Of a stretch of DNA of 64,000 bases, positions 30,430 to 39,421 are shown one piece after another. Position numbers and translations under genes: made by a program. Source of the stretch: an uncultured virus (IMG/VR IMGVR_UViG_3300034092_002689) (Duplodnaviria > Heunggongvirae > Uroviricota > Caudoviricetes); IMG/VR virus record IMGVR_UViG_3300034092_002689; one strand, given 5' to 3'. How positions within the stretch are numbered: position 1 is the first letter of the stretch; every line of letters begins with the position of its first letter. The notes below the pieces were generated by a model. It saw nothing but the letters and a program-made list of their open reading frames with translations. It ran no database searches and was not told the origin of the DNA.

Positions 30430-30608
30430 TATCGATAGCCTCCGCCTCTTCGCTTGTATTCTTTTACGACCCAAGCGGAAGCATATGCACTAGGCCATCT
30501 ATCAAACTTCTTTTTTGCTTCAGATTTTACTTGAGAATAAAGTTTAGGATTAGTAGGTTTATTTTTGGATTTCGTAGATAATTTCTTTTTTAATTTATCG
30601 AATGCCAT
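30429..30608 (-). CDS. Small basic phage protein (DUF5872-like N-half, 59 aa), not in ORF track
   Basis: Hand translation MAFDKLKKKLSTKSKNKPTNPKLYSQVKSEAKKKFDRWPSAYASAWVVKEYKRRGGGYR. Confidence 0.75.
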   Translation of the reverse strand: MAFDKLKKKLSTKSKNKPTNPKLYSQVKSEAKKKFDRWPSAYASAWVVKEYKRRGGGYR

Positions 30609-30747
30609 ATTTATAAATCTTTTTGTGGGGAGGGATGATAAACATCATCACTTTTCATCGTCGTGATTCCCATCAGGACGGAGCATCTAATACTAATCAC
30701 CTTTTTTCCCTTTAATTAGTATCGGCAGCAATTGCACCCCACGATCC

Positions 30748-31164
30748 TTACATTAATCTCCGTTTAATTTTGTAGCTTCGCATTTCGCTTTTATTAGCAA
30801 TTTCCCCAACTAATTGCTCTACACCCGGACTAACGCCAGCATCGATGATTTGCTTAATAAGATTACGAAGTCTTGATTCTAATCTTTCTTGATATTCGTA
30901 AAATATTTTATTATCAGGAACCCCAACGCTTGGAGCATCTGAAATTTTACTAGCAGCAGAACCTAAAACGACATCAAGTTTTAGAGTTTCTTCGCCATAT
31001 AAACCGATAATTCTTTCTGCTACATCGTCAAAATCACCTTCAAGTTCTCCATAAACTTCGCCAAAAAAATTATGGTCTGAATGAAATGGAGTGCCTTTAA
31101 CTAAATGATGAGCACCGTGTGCAAAAAAATACATTCCTCTTAGTAAATACAATAGTTCTTTCAT
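30748..31164 (-). CDS. Dps/ferritin-like protein (138 aa)
   Basis: AHHLVKGTPFHSDHNFFGEVY...DDVAERI ferroxidase-type signature. Confidence 0.8.
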   Translation of the reverse strand: MKELLYLLRGMYFFAHGAHHLVKGTPFHSDHNFFGEVYGELEGDFDDVAERIIGLYGEETLKLDVVLGSAASKISDAPSVGVPDNKIFYEYQERLESRLRNLIKQIIDAGVSPGVEQLVGEIANKSEMRSYKIKRRLM

Positions 31165-31176
31165 ATATCCTCGTTA

Positions 31177-32964
31177 TTAAACGGTGGTTCCAGTAGCATC
31201 AACCCAATTTGAACCATTATACCAAATGGGTTTATTTAATGTTGTATCAAAATAATATTGTCCTGTTGTTGGAGATAAAGGACGAGATCCGGTAATTCCA
31301 TTTAAAGTTAACTGGCCAAAATTAACCGCATCTGTAGATGCAGAACCATTAGCAACATTAACAATTTTTATATTACTAACATCTAATTCTCTAGCATCGA
31401 CAGTGACTTTACCTCTAATTCCAGTGCCAGAAACAGAAGCGGTTACAATATCAATATTACCGCCATTTGCGTTAGCTTGTAATCCTGCTCCATCAGCATA
31501 GATACCAATATTTTTACCTACGGTGTCTGCACCAAAAGCCAAAGGATATGAAATTAAAAATAAATCAGTACCAGTAGATGCGTGAATATATCCAAAATTC
31601 CAAAACCATTGTTTTCCCCAATCGCCAAAATTTGTAGCGTTTGTAGTAGCTGGCATTATTGGAGCATTAACTGCCGTTGGTGAGCTTAAATTTGAAAGAC
31701 TTGTATTTGCATTACCTTGATTTATTCTAACAAGGTTTGCTCCGTTTAATACTGTAACTCCAGCACTAGGAATGCTAGAATCTGTGACATCTGCATATGC
31801 ACTTGGTCCATTAATAGTTACAGCATTCATCCAGTATGAACGAGCAAATAAAGCACAACGCCTAGCGAAGTTATTTACGGAAGCTGTAGCTGTTACAGTA
31901 CCAGCGCAATAACCGCCTGTAGCTGATAATATTGTTGCCATACCAGCGGTTGGGTGTTGACTTAAAGTCACATTAGCAAAGTTAACATTGTTTGTATAAA
32001 CGCCAACATTAATGCCAGAAATAGTCATTGCTCCGAATATTAAACAAGTATCAAAAAAACATTGAGCAATAGAGCTATTATATCCGTATAAATTTAAAGT
32101 GCTGTTAAAAGACACTTCGTTAAAATAAAGTTTACCTGCGCCTGAAGTAACTGTAGTCCAATTAAAATCACATGCACTAATTAAAGTAATTTGAGTAAAT
32201 CCAGAACGATGATCTGCAGTTCCTGTAAAATTGGCATTAAGAGAAACTGGCCCTGTTATTTTTGTACTCTCTCGGCTTTCCCCCACTACAAAAACATTAG
32301 CTTTTAGTGATACAGACGCTTCGGTATAGTCACCAGCCAATACTCTAATAACATATCTTTTTGTCGGACTAGCGTCAGTAATTGCGCTCATTGCCGCAGA
32401 GATGGTTAAATAAGGCTTTTGTAAGGAACCATTTCCGGTGGCATCGTTACCATTTTTTGCAACATAATAAGTTTGTTGAAAATTTAAAGTAGGAAATGTA
32501 TCAAGAGTTCCATCTCCCCTAATATATTGAGCAGTAGTTCCTGTTGGATTATTAAATTTTCCAGCTAAACTGCTTACTAAATTTGTTACTTGCGCTTGAG
32601 GTAATTGTATTAATGTATTTGAAGCAGATGTAACTAATCCTTTACCATTAACATTAACAGTAGGTACGCTAGTAGCGGTACCAAAACTTCCGGTAGTTAA
32701 ATTTACCGTTTTTAATGTGGCATTAACCACTCCGGGTCCAGAAGCTAAAACATCGCCAGTTAATCCATCTACTGCAGTAGGAGAACCACCGGGACTTGCC
32801 ACCGATATCCAAGCAGTACCGTTCCAAGCATAAATAATATTAGTGTCGAGAGCTTGTCTAGTATCTCCAACGGTATTATTTAAAGACGGAAGCGCCGAAG
32901 CTGTTGTTACGGCATCTTTCCAAAATTCTGAAGGAGGAGCCGGAATATTACGAAAGCTATCCAT
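31177..32964 (-). CDS. Fibre/spike protein with beta-helix-like domain (595 aa)
   Basis: YYVAKNGNDATGNGSLQKPYLTI...GDYTE entry motif; paralog of 33736-36057. Confidence 0.7.
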   Translation of the reverse strand: MDSFRNIPAPPSEFWKDAVTTASALPSLNNTVGDTRQALDTNIIYAWNGTAWISVASPGGSPTAVDGLTGDVLASGPGVVNATLKTVNLTTGSFGTATSVPTVNVNGKGLVTSASNTLIQLPQAQVTNLVSSLAGKFNNPTGTTAQYIRGDGTLDTFPTLNFQQTYYVAKNGNDATGNGSLQKPYLTISAAMSAITDASPTKRYVIRVLAGDYTEASVSLKANVFVVGESRESTKITGPVSLNANFTGTADHRSGFTQITLISACDFNWTTVTSGAGKLYFNEVSFNSTLNLYGYNSSIAQCFFDTCLIFGAMTISGINVGVYTNNVNFANVTLSQHPTAGMATILSATGGYCAGTVTATASVNNFARRCALFARSYWMNAVTINGPSAYADVTDSSIPSAGVTVLNGANLVRINQGNANTSLSNLSSPTAVNAPIMPATTNATNFGDWGKQWFWNFGYIHASTGTDLFLISYPLAFGADTVGKNIGIYADGAGLQANANGGNIDIVTASVSGTGIRGKVTVDARELDVSNIKIVNVANGSASTDAVNFGQLTLNGITGSRPLSPTTGQYYFDTTLNKPIWYNGSNWVDATGTTV

Positions 32965-33305
32965 TAGATTACCTTACCATTTACACTCGCTGTAATTGTT
33001 CCATTAGCTGAAGTACAGCTCCATTTTACTTTGATATACGCATAACCCGCTTTTTCAACATTCACTAATCTTCCTCCGGTAGTTCCAGAAGGAACATAAC
33101 TATCGATAGTGACAAATGGCATATCTAAAGAATTTGAACCTAAAATTTCTAAAAGAGGATCTACTGCTGAAAAACCCGACCAGCTATAATGCACACAGTA
33201 CAAAGAAAAGCCTTGAATACTTATGGGGTCTGATAAAACAGAAGTGCTGCTTGCGTTTATATTATCAAGCAGTTTAACATTTAATTTATGTACAATTAAA
33301 TCCAT
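32964..33305 (-). CDS. Hypothetical structural protein (113 aa)
   Basis: Translationally coupled on both sides; beta-sandwich-like. Confidence 0.65.
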   Translation of the reverse strand: MDLIVHKLNVKLLDNINASSTSVLSDPISIQGFSLYCVHYSWSGFSAVDPLLEILGSNSLDMPFVTIDSYVPSGTTGGRLVNVEKAGYAYIKVKWSCTSANGTITASVNGKVI

Positions 33306-33472
33306 TATTTTTTACCTATTTTTTCTTTTAATTTAGCAAAGCGTTTCTTTCCGACATTTTTAGAAGTAAATTCTTTTGCTTTTTCTTGAGAAATACCAAT
33401 GCGTTTTGCGACTTTTGGATCGGTTTCCGCTGCTTTCATCAAGCGGAATTGGGCTTTACTTTGTGCTGGCAT
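33305..33472 (-). CDS. Small basic phage protein (55 aa), not in ORF track
   Basis: Hand translation MPAQSKAQFRLMKAAETDPKVAKRIGISQEKAKEFTSKNVGKKRFAKLKEKIGKK; GAGG RBS; promoter motif upstream. Confidence 0.8.
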   Translation of the reverse strand: MPAQSKAQFRLMKAAETDPKVAKRIGISQEKAKEFTSKNVGKKRFAKLKEKIGKK

Positions 33473-33497
33473 TTGAACCTCTTATATTTTTATAAAT

Positions 33498-33508
33498 AGT
33501 TGTTAAAA
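33498..33508 (-). promoter_or_regulatory. Phage late-type promoter motif TTTTAACAACT
   Basis: Upstream of the 55-aa basic ORF. Confidence 0.8.
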
Positions 33509-33522
33509 TTATGTAATTAATT

Positions 33523-33657
33523 TTATGTTTTTAATAAAACAAAACAGTTAAAAATTATTTGTAAAATATTTAAAATAATAAGGATTTTTAATAAAGTACT
33601 GTTTTTATTAAACATTCGTAATTTTTGTTCATCCTTGGACACTTTTACTTTAGCCAT
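33523..33657 (-). CDS. Small single-TM protein (44 aa), not in ORF track
   Basis: Hand translation MAKVKVSKDEQKLRMFNKNSTLLKILIILNILQIIFNCFVLLKT; GGGA RBS; own promoter-motif copy. Confidence 0.6.
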   Translation of the reverse strand: MAKVKVSKDEQKLRMFNKNSTLLKILIILNILQIIFNCFVLLKT

Positions 33658-33671
33658 ACAATCCCTAGTAT

Positions 33672-33682
33672 AGTTGTTAAAA
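33672..33682 (-). promoter_or_regulatory. Phage late-type promoter motif TTTTAACAACT
   Basis: Just after a terminator; upstream of the 44-aa TM ORF. Confidence 0.8.
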
Positions 33683-33687
33683 TAAAG

Positions 33688-33720
33688 AAAAAAGGAGGGG
33701 AGAAATTAATCCCCCCTCCC
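33688..33720 (-). terminator. Rho-independent terminator
   Basis: Minus strand GGAGGGG...CCCCTCC stem followed by a T run, after the 33736-36057 gene. Confidence 0.8.
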
Positions 33721-33735
33721 CATATTAGTACATTA

Positions 33736-36057
33736 TTAGACTAATTTAGTAAAATACTGTACATAGACTTTATCGCCAGCAGCGAAATCGCCACTAAGAA
33801 GAGCCAAGCGAGTTTTACCGCCTACAACAGACAAGCTGTAGTCAACTCCTTCATGAATCGCAAGACCTTCAGTAAATGCGTTCATTGAATTAGCAGCAGC
33901 TTCGTGTTGCATTTCAAGATATCCATTAGTGATATCGCTTGCCGAAAGAGTAAATGCTTCTTTACGGAAAACAATACTGTTCTTCAAATTGGTAACTTCA
34001 GTAGAAACGCTACTAATTTGAGAAGTAATGCTGGTAGCAAAATTAGGATCATCTCCCAAAGCTTGCGCCAACTCATTGAGAGTATCGAGCAATGCAGGAG
34101 CAGAATCAACTAAATCTGCCACCTTTTGATCGGTATATGCATTAGCGCTTGCTAAAGTAGCAGCATCTTGTGCATCAATGTAGCTTTGCTGAGTCATTCC
34201 AGCTACTGCAGCATCAAGTTGTCCTTTATTTACTGCATCAGAAGGATCAACACCGGTAGCAAGATTGGTAATTTTAACGCTAGATGCGTCAATTTCTCGA
34301 GCATCAAGTTTAATTTTACCACGAACTCCAGTACCGCTAACTGCTCCGGTTTTTACATTAATATCACCACCATTAACATTTGGCTTTAATCCATATCCAT
34401 CAGCTTCAAGATGCACTGAGTATCCAGCAGAAGAACCTGCTGCATCATAAGAGCTATCCACTGAAGTTAAATAAAGATCAGTACCAGAAGAAGCGTGGAC
34501 ATAACCAAAGTTAAACATCCACTGCTTACCCCAATCACCCATATTGTGTGAATTGGTGTTAAGCGGCTTAATCATTTGAGTTTCAAGGTCATGGCTAATT
34601 CTTGGATTGAGAGCTACCAAGTTACCGCCATTCAATTTTTGAGTGCTAGACTTACCTTGAGATATAAGATCCACATCAGCGTATGAACTAGGACCATCAA
34701 TGATCAAGTTCTCAGATGGGAAAGCACGCAAGAAACTAGAGCAACGACGATTAAAATCGTTAACAGTAGTGTTAAAACGAACAGTTCCTGAGCAGTAACC
34801 GCCGCTTGCCGATAAGATACTTGCCATTCCGCCATTTGGATGTTGATTTAATGTGACATTGTTGTAGCAAATATTATTGCTAAACACGCCAACATTTACA
34901 CCGCTAACAGTCATCGCGCCAAAGATCACGCACGAATCAAACTGAGCCTGAGCAATGGCATTGTCGTAGCCGTACAAATTCAAAGTCGACGCGAAGACGA
35001 CTTCGTTCATGTACAATTTACCAGCACGAGACTTAGCAGTTTCCCAATTAAAGTTAGCCGCACTCAAAAGCGTGACCATTGAGAACCCTGAACGGTCATC
35101 AGATCCAGAGTTGTTCTGAGTCCATGCACCCATCGATACTGCGCCAGTAATGCGAACGGTTTCTTTTTGTTCACCGATTACGAACACATTTGATGGAAGA
35201 GCAACGGACGCTTCAGTATAGCTACCAGCAGCAACACGAACGACATAACGCTTGGTAGGACTTGCGTCAGTAATCATGCTGAATGCTTTAGAAAGAGTTA
35301 AAAACGGAGCATGTTGACCGCCGGTTCCGGTGGTGTCATTACCGTTTTTAGATACATGCATAACTTGAGTAATGTTATACGCTTCAAGTGCGGCAACTCT
35401 CGCATTGTTTGTTGAAACATAGCCAGCAAAAGCGCTGTCATTAGTAGCGTCAACACTGTTAATGAGAGCTACAATTTCAGCAAAACTATCTTTATCTGCT
35501 TCAGAAGCAGAAAGAATAGCGTCGATGCGAACTTTTTCTGCATCAATTTGAGATTGAAGACCGCTATCTCCAGATTGACGATCAATAATTTCTTGAGCAA
35601 GTCCCGATTGCAGAGTATCGATTTCACCTTCGGCAGTCGTCAAACGACCATCAAGAAGAGATTCAACACCTTCTGCGCGATTTTTTTCTTCAAGAACTTC
35701 AGCATCTGCGTATGCTTTTGCTTCATCAAGAATTCGAATATCTTCTGCTGCACGAAGAAGAACTTCTGCATCAATAACAGATTGCAGTGAAGCAATATCC
35801 GCAACACGAGCAGCAGCTTCGGAAGAAATTGCTCCATCTAGTTGAGATTTAACAACTACGCTATTGCTATCACTTCCAGCAACAGCAAGAATTCCGTCTA
35901 AGAATTCAATTTTGTTTTGTGAGTTAATTTTAAATACTTCAAGATTTCCGCTGCCATCAAATTTCTTCGCTTGAAGAGCTTGGTTGTTTTCAAACAAGAT
36001 CTTTGTTGCGTCTACTGCGGCATCCTGAATATACTTTTTTCTTATTTTTTGTGCCAT
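33736..36057 (-). CDS. Fibre protein with coiled-coil stalk and beta-helix-like domain (773 aa)
   Basis: Coiled-coil stalk; HVSKNGNDTTGTG...; APALLDTLNELAQALGDDPNFATSI fibre motif. Confidence 0.75.
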   Translation of the reverse strand: MAQKIRKKYIQDAAVDATKILFENNQALQAKKFDGSGNLEVFKINSQNKIEFLDGILAVAGSDSNSVVVKSQLDGAISSEAAARVADIASLQSVIDAEVLLRAAEDIRILDEAKAYADAEVLEEKNRAEGVESLLDGRLTTAEGEIDTLQSGLAQEIIDRQSGDSGLQSQIDAEKVRIDAILSASEADKDSFAEIVALINSVDATNDSAFAGYVSTNNARVAALEAYNITQVMHVSKNGNDTTGTGGQHAPFLTLSKAFSMITDASPTKRYVVRVAAGSYTEASVALPSNVFVIGEQKETVRITGAVSMGAWTQNNSGSDDRSGFSMVTLLSAANFNWETAKSRAGKLYMNEVVFASTLNLYGYDNAIAQAQFDSCVIFGAMTVSGVNVGVFSNNICYNNVTLNQHPNGGMASILSASGGYCSGTVRFNTTVNDFNRRCSSFLRAFPSENLIIDGPSSYADVDLISQGKSSTQKLNGGNLVALNPRISHDLETQMIKPLNTNSHNMGDWGKQWMFNFGYVHASSGTDLYLTSVDSSYDAAGSSAGYSVHLEADGYGLKPNVNGGDINVKTGAVSGTGVRGKIKLDAREIDASSVKITNLATGVDPSDAVNKGQLDAAVAGMTQQSYIDAQDAATLASANAYTDQKVADLVDSAPALLDTLNELAQALGDDPNFATSITSQISSVSTEVTNLKNSIVFRKEAFTLSASDITNGYLEMQHEAAANSMNAFTEGLAIHEGVDYSLSVVGGKTRLALLSGDFAAGDKVYVQYFTKLV

Positions 36058-36094
36058 ATATTTCCCTTTTTTTATATGTTAACGAAAAAGATGC

Positions 36095-36511
36095 TTAATC
36101 TCCTATTTGATAAAATATTCGAATAAGTTCATCCTCTTCTAAAAATCCGTCAAGCCCCATGCCTGACCAGATTAAGTCGTTTCCGACAACTTGGTAATCC
36201 TCTCCATAATTTTGCATAATTCCACTTGTTGATAATATTGTGGTATCTGGAAAATCTGGAGCGACTGGTAATGTGACTTTTTGCTCGGCTATTTGTTGAG
36301 CAGTTAATTTCACATCCAGTATATTAAATTTATAACTTTTTTTACTTTTAAAATTTCCGTAATCTTCGGCAGTGATAATTCCCGGAGTGGTTTCACTAGC
36401 GATATTAATACTAATTTTTTTATCTACTATATTTAAACCCGGACCTTCTACCTGTAGTTCTTCCGGAATATATTGAACAGTAGCGGTAGACGGATTGAAT
36501 TTATACGGCAT
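36095..36511 (-). CDS. Structural protein (138 aa)
   Basis: N-terminus resembles 15986-18748; C-terminal QNYGEDYQVVG domain resembles the C-terminus of 33736-36057. Confidence 0.65.
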   Translation of the reverse strand: MPYKFNPSTATVQYIPEELQVEGPGLNIVDKKISINIASETTPGIITAEDYGNFKSKKSYKFNILDVKLTAQQIAEQKVTLPVAPDFPDTTILSTSGIMQNYGEDYQVVGNDLIWSGMGLDGFLEEDELIRIFYQIGD

Positions 36512-36512
36512 A

Positions 36513-36992
36513 TCAAGTCCTCACTAATGAAAGTAATTTGTTTTTTGCGGTGTCTTCGTAAGTAGCTGTTACTGTAGCTACTGTTACTCCACCGTATTTA
36601 TATACAAAAACTTCAGTATAGTCGTCTGGATATGAGTAATATATAGCGTCATATTCGTATGGAATAATGCTATTCACTGTCAAAGTTTTAGCATTTCCAC
36701 TGCTGTCAACTTTTATTGGACGCTTTGTTCCGGCTAATGTTCCGGTTTCGGAACCTACTACTAAGATGTTATCTTCACTAGAACTAATGGCGACATTAGC
36801 GTTTATGCTGCCATCTGTATTAATTGCTAAAGAATTGCCACTATCTGGATCACGAATGGCAATGTCAGAGTCATCGGCATTAATTTCGGTATCCGTGACC
36901 TTTGCCACTACGGTAGCATCAACGGCCAAACGCTTGGTCTTTTCGTTGAATACTAACTGCATTATCTGGTTTTGATCTAAATTTGTAGGCAT
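36513..36992 (-). CDS. Structural protein (159 aa), paralog of 18764-19021
   Basis: LDQNQIMQLVFNE and YKYGGVTVATVTATYEDTAKNKLLSLVRT motifs. Confidence 0.65.
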   Translation of the reverse strand: MPTNLDQNQIMQLVFNEKTKRLAVDATVVAKVTDTEINADDSDIAIRDPDSGNSLAINTDGSINANVAISSSEDNILVVGSETGTLAGTKRPIKVDSSGNAKTLTVNSIIPYEYDAIYYSYPDDYTEVFVYKYGGVTVATVTATYEDTAKNKLLSLVRT

Positions 36993-37000
36993 GCAAAAAA

Positions 37001-37246
37001 CTACTTACAGTTCCAGCGTTTTAAAGCTAAACAAATGCGTTTCTTTGGTTCTTTCTTGCAATCAATGTTATGATCTTTTTTCATTCCACCCATTCTTGCA
37101 CAGAAAGATTTCTGTCTAGATCCGCCTTGCGGTTGGGGTGCTTTTAGATTATAACCTTTAGATTTTGCATAAGCCCTACCCTTTTCCGTCAATCCTCCCT
37201 TTAAAGATTTATGGATTTTTTTAAATTTTAATGGTGCTTTTGCCAT
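37001..37246 (-). CDS. Small basic phage protein (DUF6321-like, 81 aa)
   Basis: KGGLTEKGRAY...NLKAP...RQKSFCARM...ALKRWNC. Confidence 0.75.
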   Translation of the reverse strand: MAKAPLKFKKIHKSLKGGLTEKGRAYAKSKGYNLKAPQPQGGSRQKSFCARMGGMKKDHNIDCKKEPKKRICLALKRWNCK

Positions 37247-37260
37247 CTTCTATTCCCCAT

Positions 37261-37271
37261 AGTTGTTAAAT
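37261..37271 (-). promoter_or_regulatory. Phage late-type promoter motif ATTTAACAACT
   Basis: Downstream of the portal gene; upstream of the 81-aa ORF. Confidence 0.75.
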
Positions 37272-37315
37272 TTTGACTTTTAATTTGATAGTCTTTTGTT
37301 ATCGTTAGATAAATA

Positions 37316-39376
37316 CTAACTTGGTAACATCTGATCTGCAGTTACTGGTAATTCAGAAAATGGAGCAGGAGGAGTAGGCATGTTAGGCATAGTGCCGCCT
37401 CCCAAATTTCCTTGTCCTCTAATTAATTCTTCAGGAGTAGAAGGCATACCGCTCATTGGTGCCATAATTTGATCCATACCTTGTTGAGGTATAGGACCGC
37501 CCATTACAGGCACTTGTTGAGGAACTCCCGGACTCTGAAGAGGTTGTTGACCAGTAAGCATCAACAAATCAGGATCAGTGGTGCGCAAGTAATCGATATG
37601 TTCTTGAATATGATTTTGCACTACTGCTCTTAGCTCTGGATTCATTCGCAAATCAGGATCTGCCATAACAGTGCGATGTTCCATGATATGAGCAGCATGC
37701 GTATCAAGCATATCTGCCATCACTTCTTTTCCTGCCATCAAGAACTCATTTTCTTTTTTAATAAGCAACATTTCATTCATGTCGCCCTCAAACATACTTT
37801 CAATAGATCCAGTATTTATCACTTGAAAGTATTCTTTAGGATTCTTAATGAGTCCCATCTGAAGCATTTGTTCAGCCATTTGCACTCTACCTGCAGTGGT
37901 ACGAGCTAATGGATTACCCACAGTGACAATTACTCGATTTATTGCTCCAATTTCATCTCCAGTAAATTGAGCTAATGAAGACCTATTATTTTTTCCTACT
38001 AGAGATATTGTTTTTGGAGTCTTCGCATAATCTTTTAGAATGTTAATTAGACCAGTGCCAATGTCTTCTATCAATTTGACATAGTTGTGTTGCAACCCAG
38101 AAATGAATTGCAAAGACATGGATTGGACAAGAGCCAAAGCCGTACCCGATTTAAGGGATGCCTCGGGATTCCCTCTCGTAACGGAGTTGACACCAGAGAT
38201 GGTTTCCATTTGTTGAACAAGCATTTCCACAAATTTGAAAACTTCTGGAGGTGTAGCAGTGAGGTTTAACGGCTCTGGCTTTGCATTACCTTCGAGAATG
38301 TTTAGCGCACCCTCAAGGCTGTTGATGTCCAAATCAGCACCACGGGGTACAAACAAATTTTGCACTCCGAATGCCGATTGGTTTGTCATAATAGTGCTGT
38401 AAAGGGAATTTGCTGCCTCTTGGAGAGGAAACAAATCGAACATGGGGCTGTAACCATATGGGGTGCCCATATATTCGCCAGCACTAATACGAAACACTGG
38501 TATTTGACGATAAGGTAGTGGCAAATCAAGCAATACCAAGTCGTCATCTAAAAACATAACATATCGTCCATCCGGAAGAGCTTCTGTGCGTTCATGAAAG
38601 AACTCATAAACCGGAATGTCGTCCGTATTATCATTAGAAAATACTGACAAACGATATTGTGAAGCAAAGTTTTTAGTCTGCATCCGGCTAATGCGTTCAG
38701 CAAGCTCTGGATACTTAGCCATTAAATTAAATTTATTCTCAAAACTACGAACAATAACCCATTCGTGATCCCAAGTTTCCTTTGTGCCATCGAAAACGAC
38801 ATCAAAAGGAGATAAATTGGTGAATTCTAACTCACCTTCGAAGTTTTTTTCGCCCGTATCTGGGTCAAAGTCATATAATTCACCAGCAGTGGCATTCCAC
38901 TCCATGCGAACAAATCCAGTACCTAGTACAATAGCCATTTCGGTAGCTTTACGGATAACATCTTCGAGTTTTTTCTCTCTCATGTAGTAGTCTAATATGC
39001 CGTTTGCAATATAAGTCTGAGAGAGCGACTTGTAATCGGTATTTACCGCTCTAGCTTCCATCGTAGGACGGTTAGCGGTAATCATATTAAGCATATGTTG
39101 AGCAATATTGCGGAAATGATTGACAGGAAGACCTACAAGTTCACCCTGTTCGCCCATGAAAGATACCCTATGGCTATCTCCCGCAATGGTAGCGTTGTAT
39201 TGACCATGATAAAAAAGCCACATGCGCACCAAGTTATCTAAATAATAGTTCATGGTGAGGATGTTGTAGAAAGAAGAAGCTTTCGATAGGCACTGAGAAG
39301 CCAATTTTTCAGCATCTTCCGCCGCAAAATACTTCTCTAATGTGCTTTTATCGTTAGGTAAATTTTGACTTTCCAT
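37316..39376 (-). CDS. Portal protein (686 aa)
   Basis: Directly after TerL; VNHFRNI, ISGVNSVTRG...SGTAL motifs; Pro/Gln/Met-rich C-terminal tail as in P22-like portals. Confidence 0.85.
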   Translation of the reverse strand: MESQNLPNDKSTLEKYFAAEDAEKLASQCLSKASSFYNILTMNYYLDNLVRMWLFYHGQYNATIAGDSHRVSFMGEQGELVGLPVNHFRNIAQHMLNMITANRPTMEARAVNTDYKSLSQTYIANGILDYYMREKKLEDVIRKATEMAIVLGTGFVRMEWNATAGELYDFDPDTGEKNFEGELEFTNLSPFDVVFDGTKETWDHEWVIVRSFENKFNLMAKYPELAERISRMQTKNFASQYRLSVFSNDNTDDIPVYEFFHERTEALPDGRYVMFLDDDLVLLDLPLPYRQIPVFRISAGEYMGTPYGYSPMFDLFPLQEAANSLYSTIMTNQSAFGVQNLFVPRGADLDINSLEGALNILEGNAKPEPLNLTATPPEVFKFVEMLVQQMETISGVNSVTRGNPEASLKSGTALALVQSMSLQFISGLQHNYVKLIEDIGTGLINILKDYAKTPKTISLVGKNNRSSLAQFTGDEIGAINRVIVTVGNPLARTTAGRVQMAEQMLQMGLIKNPKEYFQVINTGSIESMFEGDMNEMLLIKKENEFLMAGKEVMADMLDTHAAHIMEHRTVMADPDLRMNPELRAVVQNHIQEHIDYLRTTDPDLLMLTGQQPLQSPGVPQQVPVMGGPIPQQGMDQIMAPMSGMPSTPEELIRGQGNLGGGTMPNMPTPPAPFSELPVTADQMLPS

Positions 39377-39409
39377 ATTTATGCCCTTTTATTCAATCTT
39401 TTCAATAAT

Positions 39410-39420
39410 AGTTGTTAAAT
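39410..39420 (-). promoter_or_regulatory. Phage late-type promoter motif ATTTAACAACT
   Basis: Upstream of the portal gene. Confidence 0.75.
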
Positions 39421-39421
39421 A

